Shown here: one piece after another, positions 13,614 through 17,896 of the stretch | Position numbering within the stretch: position 1 is the first letter of the stretch | How the letters are laid out: each line of letters starts with the position of its first letter | IMG/VR virus record: IMGVR_UViG_3300025834_000039 | Direction: 5' to 3' (one strand) | Origin: a virus | Length of the DNA: 17,896 nucleotides | Notes under the pieces: model-generated | Databases searched by the model: none | Told to the model about the DNA's origin: nothing | What the model saw: the letters and a program-made list of their open reading frames with translations, nothing else | Program-made: the position numbers and the translations under genes

Positions 13614-13913
13614 TTATACTGTTTCTTGTTCTTCGTCGTTTGATTCTGCTATTGGTTCAACTTTTTCAGTATCTTCAATTACTACCGCGTGCGCCATGAA
13701 GTCGGTAACTGTCATTCCGTAAGTAACCTTTTTTTCTTCTACTAGGTCGAGAATAACTTTGTCAACCTTGTATTTCTTCGCTAGGTCTTTTTCTGAAATT
13801 TTACCCTTTTCCTCGATAGTGTCTAACAAAACTAATGTTAAACCCTCCATTTTGTAAACATTGTACTTCTTGCTCTCGATTACCGTTCTTGTAACATTTC
13901 TTTCTTTTGCCAT
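13614..13913 (-). CDS. Histone-like dsDNA-binding protein (phi29 p6-like) with acidic C-terminal tail
   Basis: 99 aa. It begins MAKERNVTRT (p6: MAKMMQREITKT). Internal KKYK is present. TYGMTVTDFMAHAVVIEDTEK compares with p6 VYELPVEKFLEVATVRVEKDE. The acidic tail reads ESNDEEQETV. SD is AAGGAGTG. Confidence 0.6.
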   Translation of the reverse strand: MAKERNVTRTVIESKKYNVYKMEGLTLVLLDTIEEKGKISEKDLAKKYKVDKVILDLVEEKKVTYGMTVTDFMAHAVVIEDTEKVEPIAESNDEEQETV

Positions 13914-14044
13914 GTTGTTTCACTCCTTAATATTTAATTTTGGCTTATCTCGTCAGTTGCAATTTGCCATATTGCAAGACCCCGCATAAAGCGGAGTTTC
14001 GATTTAATTAAGGGTGAGAGTAAATTGAAAAACCTTACTATTAC

Positions 14045-14073
14045 ATAATATAACACATTTCTTATATTGTCAA
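14045..14073 (-). promoter_or_regulatory. Sigma-A-type promoter for the p6-like/SSB operon
   Basis: On the minus strand: TTGACA (14073-14068), 17-nt spacer, TATTAT (14050-14045). These are the same two hexamers and spacing as the ITR promoters. The promoter begins 8 nt after the DNA polymerase stop. Confidence 0.65.
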
Positions 14074-14081
14074 ACATTTTA

Positions 14082-16163
14082 TTATGTAATAGTATTATTT
14101 TTATTTGCTCCTATTAACGCCCAATATTCGTTTGTTACTCCTAGTGTATATGTCGTTTCTAATATTCCTATATTTGACGCGGTTATGAAGGTATCGCCGT
14201 TAATAGTAATTTCTTTTATTTCCTCGTCGTTATACCATGATGTAGTACGACCGATATTACTATATGTTTTACCTATTAGAAAATTATCAATATTCCCTAC
14301 GGCTTGCGCTCCTTTTTTCTTGCTCATTCCCGAAACTGTTATTTCAAATTTTTGCTCGCCTTTTTTTAATTTTTCAAAACAATATTTTTTTGCGCCTAAT
14401 GTTTTAAATCTTAAATACTCCCCGTCATTGTCCCACGTTCCTAAATGGAAACGCCTTGTTTCTTCTTTCCCTTCTTTTATATCGGTACGGTCAACATAAG
14501 CTAATATGTCGTTTGTTTCTGCTTGTACTATTAATTTTCTATTCAATGCGTTAAACTCTGCTATGTGCGCCCGATTTTGGAATTTAATACTATCGGTATC
14601 AATATACACTAGGTCACGCCCTACAACGTCAATCATTATTTGCAACCTTTTGCGGGCGTTAGCGGTAACAAAAACCCCCCATTGATAACTTAAAAAGTTA
14701 TTACGTGATTTATAAAAACTTTCCAATGACGTTACTAAATCGGGTTTTACTTCGTCCCATACCATTGTTGATTGTTCGTAAGTTACGTCAGAATGTGCAA
14801 CGTCAGTAACCATCATTCCAAAAGTAGAATTTAACCTATTTTTTGACTTCATGTATTCATATTCTTTCCCGTCAATATCTTTTAATTGTGTTTTGGTCAC
14901 ATAGAAGTCCATTAATTTATTACGTAATTCATCGGGCAATTTTCCTTTGTCAGCATATATAGCGTCGTTTACCTCGAAACCCTCGAATGTGTACATACTT
15001 CTTATTATATCAAGGTCAATATTTGTTATGGTCAACCGCACAAAATCAGCTTGTAACACACGCCCGTTATCATTTATTATATTGCTTTTCTCTTTACAAT
15101 GCGCTATGTCAATATACGGTATTACCGCGTCATAATTTAAAATAGGTTTATATATTGATATGTCCATAACAACACAATAATTATCACAATAATAATTTAA
15201 TTTCATTTGATTATTTAATTTAACCCGCGTAAACTTACCAATTGGAAACTCGTCTATTTCAATACATGACGGGTAACTAGAAGATATGTCAAACGAAAAT
15301 ACGTCCTCTAATACCATATTAGCCGTAAATCTATTTGCGTGTGTGTTGCCCCCTCTAAACGCGCTACGTAACATATTATATTCATGTTCATTCAACGCGG
15401 TTTTTACAAAATTATAACGGTTCTGTTTAGTTGCCATAAATTTTCTATATTCACGCCTTACGTACCCCGTATTTGTTAGCGGTATACTTGCGATTGTGTC
15501 AACGTCGTTATCTAATAATGTATCAATACATTCGTTTAACCCTCTTACGTCGTTATAGCAATATGCTTGTTCCGTTTCTGTTAGTATTGTGCTTGTAGTT
15601 CTTATTTGCCTATAATCGTACTCGTCGCTCATTTTATAGTGATAGCATAATTCGCTATTTTCGCAAAACTTAGCAAGCGACATATTACTTAAAAAATAAC
15701 TACAACGAAACTCAATACCGTCTGATATTATTTTCATTGGTTTACGCTTGTCCTTACTAAACATACTATCAATTGTTATAAACTCTTTCATAAACTGAAA
15801 TTCAAAAGCTAAGTTATGAATGTAAACAACTAATTTTCTAGTATCACTTAATTCTAATTGCTGACGCAACCGCGTTAAAAATGTTTGGTACTCGTCCCAT
15901 GTTCGCCCAAATACGACCATACTACATATGCAAAATTGCCATTGATACATAAAACCGTAAGGATTAAATATATATTTATCGCCAACTTTCGGCGGTTCTA
16001 TTGATGTAGTTTCAATGTCAAAAGACGCGCTCACATTATAAAATTGATTTTTCTTACGCTTGCACATCGGTAATGATATTAATTGTTCATATGGAAAGTC
16101 GTCTATATTATATACAATCTCTTTTTTTACTCCCCTTGTTGTTGGTACGTTTATTGTATGCAC
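14082..16163 (-). CDS. Protein-primed family-B DNA polymerase (phi29 gp2-like)
   Basis: Motifs found: Exo I FDIET (D49, E51; 16011-16019), Exo II HNLAFEF (15798-15818), Exo III YCYND (201-205), motif A DISSSYP (292-298), motif B KNRLNSTFG (441-449), motif C YIDTDS (14589-14606) and KxY as KKY (592-594). GTG start follows AGGTGGGAG. The gene lies immediately downstream of the terminal protein gene. Confidence 0.95.
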   Translation of the reverse strand: MHTINVPTTRGVKKEIVYNIDDFPYEQLISLPMCKRKKNQFYNVSASFDIETTSIEPPKVGDKYIFNPYGFMYQWQFCICSMVVFGRTWDEYQTFLTRLRQQLELSDTRKLVVYIHNLAFEFQFMKEFITIDSMFSKDKRKPMKIISDGIEFRCSYFLSNMSLAKFCENSELCYHYKMSDEYDYRQIRTTSTILTETEQAYCYNDVRGLNECIDTLLDNDVDTIASIPLTNTGYVRREYRKFMATKQNRYNFVKTALNEHEYNMLRSAFRGGNTHANRFTANMVLEDVFSFDISSSYPSCIEIDEFPIGKFTRVKLNNQMKLNYYCDNYCVVMDISIYKPILNYDAVIPYIDIAHCKEKSNIINDNGRVLQADFVRLTITNIDLDIIRSMYTFEGFEVNDAIYADKGKLPDELRNKLMDFYVTKTQLKDIDGKEYEYMKSKNRLNSTFGMMVTDVAHSDVTYEQSTMVWDEVKPDLVTSLESFYKSRNNFLSYQWGVFVTANARKRLQIMIDVVGRDLVYIDTDSIKFQNRAHIAEFNALNRKLIVQAETNDILAYVDRTDIKEGKEETRRFHLGTWDNDGEYLRFKTLGAKKYCFEKLKKGEQKFEITVSGMSKKKGAQAVGNIDNFLIGKTYSNIGRTTSWYNDEEIKEITINGDTFITASNIGILETTYTLGVTNEYWALIGANKNNTIT

Positions 16164-16181
16164 TTACTCCCACCTACTTAA

Positions 16182-17093
16182 TTAATGTAGTAACCCGCCT
16201 TTATTCCATTTTGCTACTTTTAATTTTTCTTGTACTTCATCAAATGTTAAATCGTCATTCATAAAGTTCATAAACTCATTATTAATTGTGTCAGCGTCAA
16301 CCCCCGCATTTCTAGCGTCGACATATGTTTCAATTACTTGGTTACTATCGGCGTACTTTCCTAAACTTTTGAATTGCTCTGAACTTAAAAAGTCGTAAAA
16401 ATCTTTTTCTTTCCCTTTTGGTATGTCGATGCCTTTTTCCCTAAATGCGTTTAATCGGTCAATTGATATTTGTTTGTAACCTTCGGGCGTTGCCGTTTTG
16501 GAATTTAAAAAGGTTGCTATATTCTGTATATGTATTTCTATGTCCTTTTCCTTTTTAAACTTACCGCCCGTATAAAATCGGTTCTTATCACGCCCCGACG
16601 CTTCATTATAATGTCCCGCTACCTCATAAGCGAACTTGGTTAAATGTTCTTTCTCTAATTGTTTTAATTGCTTATTGGCTTGTTTCGACGCTTCTTTACT
16701 AGCATATATTTTTTCTTTTTCTGACATACCACTAAACTTTTTAAAATCAAAAGTTCCGCTCTCTGTTAATTGTTGTACTTGGTTTTGTATTCCTTTTTCG
16801 ATACCGCCTAGCGTTGACCCCTTATCACTTAGTAAATTAGTTAACGCTTCATATGCTTGTTTTGTTTCCTCGTTACTATTATACTTTGTACCCTCATAGA
16901 AACGATTTTTTAACTTACCTTTTTCAAAATTATAGTCTTGTGCTTCATAGTACGAATGATTTACTATACCGCTTTCCTCTAATAATGCTATTCTGACGTT
17001 AGCACGTTTAGCCATCTTTTTCAATTCTTGTGCTTGTTGCTTGTTGGTTAGTGCTTCAAATTGTCGCTCGTTAATAGACTTTTTAGCTTTCAC
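16182..17093 (-). CDS. Terminal protein (DNA-priming protein, phi29 gp3-like)
   Basis: About 300 aa, basic and helical, directly upstream of the DNA polymerase gene. The C-terminal block DFYDFLSSEQFKSLGKYADS resembles the gp3 block DFYELFLRISEISFEEFDS. The track start is GTG 17102; I prefer GTG 17093, which lies 3 nt after SD AAAGGGGTGGGG. The protein contains an internal tandem duplication (see findings). Confidence 0.75.
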   Translation of the reverse strand: MKAKKSINERQFEALTNKQQAQELKKMAKRANVRIALLEESGIVNHSYYEAQDYNFEKGKLKNRFYEGTKYNSNEETKQAYEALTNLLSDKGSTLGGIEKGIQNQVQQLTESGTFDFKKFSGMSEKEKIYASKEASKQANKQLKQLEKEHLTKFAYEVAGHYNEASGRDKNRFYTGGKFKKEKDIEIHIQNIATFLNSKTATPEGYKQISIDRLNAFREKGIDIPKGKEKDFYDFLSSEQFKSLGKYADSNQVIETYVDARNAGVDADTINNEFMNFMNDDLTFDEVQEKLKVAKWNKGGLLH

Positions 17094-17126
17094 GTTCCCC
17101 ACCCCTTTAATATATCAGATAAGACC

Positions 17127-17155
17127 ATTATATAGCATTTTTTGACAATGGACAA
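17127..17155 (-). promoter_or_regulatory. Candidate promoter for the terminal protein / DNA polymerase operon
   Basis: On the minus strand: TTGTCC (17155-17150), 17-nt spacer, TATAAT (17132-17127). It lies between the right-arm terminator and the TP SD. Confidence 0.55.
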
Positions 17156-17180
17156 GCATTTAACGCGGTAATTAAATATA

Positions 17181-17205
17181 AATAAAAAAAGAGGTCGAAA
17201 CCTCT
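17181..17205 (-). terminator. Intrinsic terminator closing the right-arm early mini-operon
   Basis: Minus-strand RNA forms AGAGGU-UUCG-ACCUCU (17205-17190) followed by UUUUUUUAUUU. The stem starts 3 nt after the stop of the 54-aa ORF. Confidence 0.8.
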
Positions 17206-17207
17206 AT

Positions 17208-17372
17208 TTACTTAGTTTGATATTGTAGAAACTTATATTTACGTTTAGTAAAGAACATTGCTTGAAAATAATTTATACAATCTTCTTTTGTTGCTCCCTC
17301 GTAAATATACGAACACCCCGTTTCTAAATCTTCAATTTCTACTAATACTCTAATCGGTTTACTTACTATCAT
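17208..17372 (-). CDS. Small early protein, 54 aa, unknown function
   Basis: Below the ORF-track cutoff. Translation: MIVSKPIRVLVEIEDLETGCSYIYEGATKEDCINYFQAMFFTKRKYKFLQYQTK. A strong SD AAGGAGGG lies 5 nt upstream and overlaps the stop of the preceding ORF. A terminator follows directly. Confidence 0.6.
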   Translation of the reverse strand: MIVSKPIRVLVEIEDLETGCSYIYEGATKEDCINYFQAMFFTKRKYKFLQYQTK

Positions 17373-17383
17373 TGTTGCCCTCC

Positions 17384-17608
17384 TTAAAATTCTAATCTAA
17401 ATCGCATATCGCCTTTACTATCTTTATAAAAACTGATATCCTTAAAATTAAATGAAGTTTCTTTTAATGTTGTTATAACGTGCATTGCCATTTCTACCGT
17501 TTCATTTTGGTTAACTAGTTTTTCGTCGGCTATATTTAATTTATTCATTGCTAACACTCCTTTTCCATATTTCGCGTTTAACGCTTTCTTTATTACTTGT
17601 GTTGTCAT
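17384..17608 (-). CDS. Small early protein, 74 aa (or 54 aa from the internal start at 17548); paralog of 290..454
   Basis: ORF track entry. ATG 17608 lies 5 nt after the ITR-borne SD AAAAGGTGGGG. The internal ATG 17548 has its own SD AAAGGAG 8 nt upstream and begins the segment homologous to the left-arm 54-aa protein. Confidence 0.7.
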   Translation of the reverse strand: MTTQVIKKALNAKYGKGVLAMNKLNIADEKLVNQNETVEMAMHVITTLKETSFNFKDISFYKDSKGDMRFRLEF

Positions 17609-17615
17609 GTATACC

Positions 17616-17896
17616 CCACCTTTTTACATATATTTAATTTATAATCTAATAATAAACCCTACACCGGCATATGTCAACAATTATTTTCGTCCCTTACCGT
17701 AACGTGTCGTTGCGTCCCCTCCCCTCTCCATGACTTGCCTTACCGAACGTGATAATACAATTATGACATACGCCGTTGTGGTTCACGCGTCGGCTTGTCC
17801 CCTTCTTGTATCTCCTAAATTGTGGTAATTAATGTTCGGCATGGTACGAACATTCGAGGGGGAACGGGGGGGGATTGTTCGTGTCATAATTACTTT
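17616..17896. repeat. Right inverted terminal repeat (ITR-R), 281 bp
   Basis: Exact reverse complement of 1..281, verified base by base. Confidence 0.97.
17649..17677 (-). promoter_or_regulatory. Sigma-A-type early promoter inside ITR-R, firing inward
   Basis: Mirror copy of 220..248: TTGACA (17677-17672), 17-nt spacer, TATTAT (17654-17649) on the minus strand. Confidence 0.7.

Noticed and set aside
1-17896. Search for tRNA genes, CRISPR repeats, integrase/repressor lysogeny genes, or transposase/IS elements
   Set aside because: I saw no cloverleaf-compatible segment with a T-loop consensus and no spaced direct-repeat array. No ORF carries recombinase, repressor (HTH) or transposase signatures. 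All sizeable ORFs are accounted for by replication, packaging, lysis and virion functions.

Overview
The 17,896-bp window appears to be a complete linear genome of a small phi29-like, protein-primed podophage (Salasmaviridae/Picovirinae type). The host is probably a low-GC Gram-positive bacterium, judging from the AAGGAGG-type ribosome-binding sites (RBS) and an endolysin with PG_binding_1 repeats. The window is bounded by perfect 281-bp inverted terminal repeats (ITRs) that begin AAAGTA, the terminal hexamer I recall for phi29. Each ITR carries an inward-facing near-consensus sigma-A promoter. Nearly all genes lie on the minus strand. From right to left they are: two small early genes, terminal protein, protein-primed family-B DNA polymerase, p6-like dsDNA-binding protein, gp5-like SSB, and gp16-like packaging ATPase. 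Next come a structured noncoding stretch ending in a strong terminator and a lysis cassette (GH25 endolysin, membrane-anchored coiled-coil protein, Cys-rich microprotein, phi-LC3-type holin). These are followed by a tail lysozyme, scaffold, major capsid protein with a C-terminal Big_2 domain, gp9-like tail knob, gp10-like portal, gp11-like lower collar, a small structural protein, a tail fibre (FN3 plus discoidin-like) and a beta-helix tailspike. The left arm holds a short plus-strand early mini-operon that converges on the late genes. I saw no tRNA, CRISPR array, integrase or repressor, which fits a strictly lytic phage. The items most worth follow-up are listed here. (1) The long promoter-bearing ITRs and their internal repeats. 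(2) Mirror-image early mini-operons at both ends encoding diverged paralogous 54-aa proteins of unknown function. (3) A roughly 100-nt multi-hairpin noncoding element just 3' of the packaging ATPase, a candidate prohead RNA. (4) A Cys-rich 60-aa ORF inside the lysis cassette. (5) An internal tandem duplication in the terminal protein. All homology calls were made by eye against remembered phi29-family sequences and motifs; no database search was possible.
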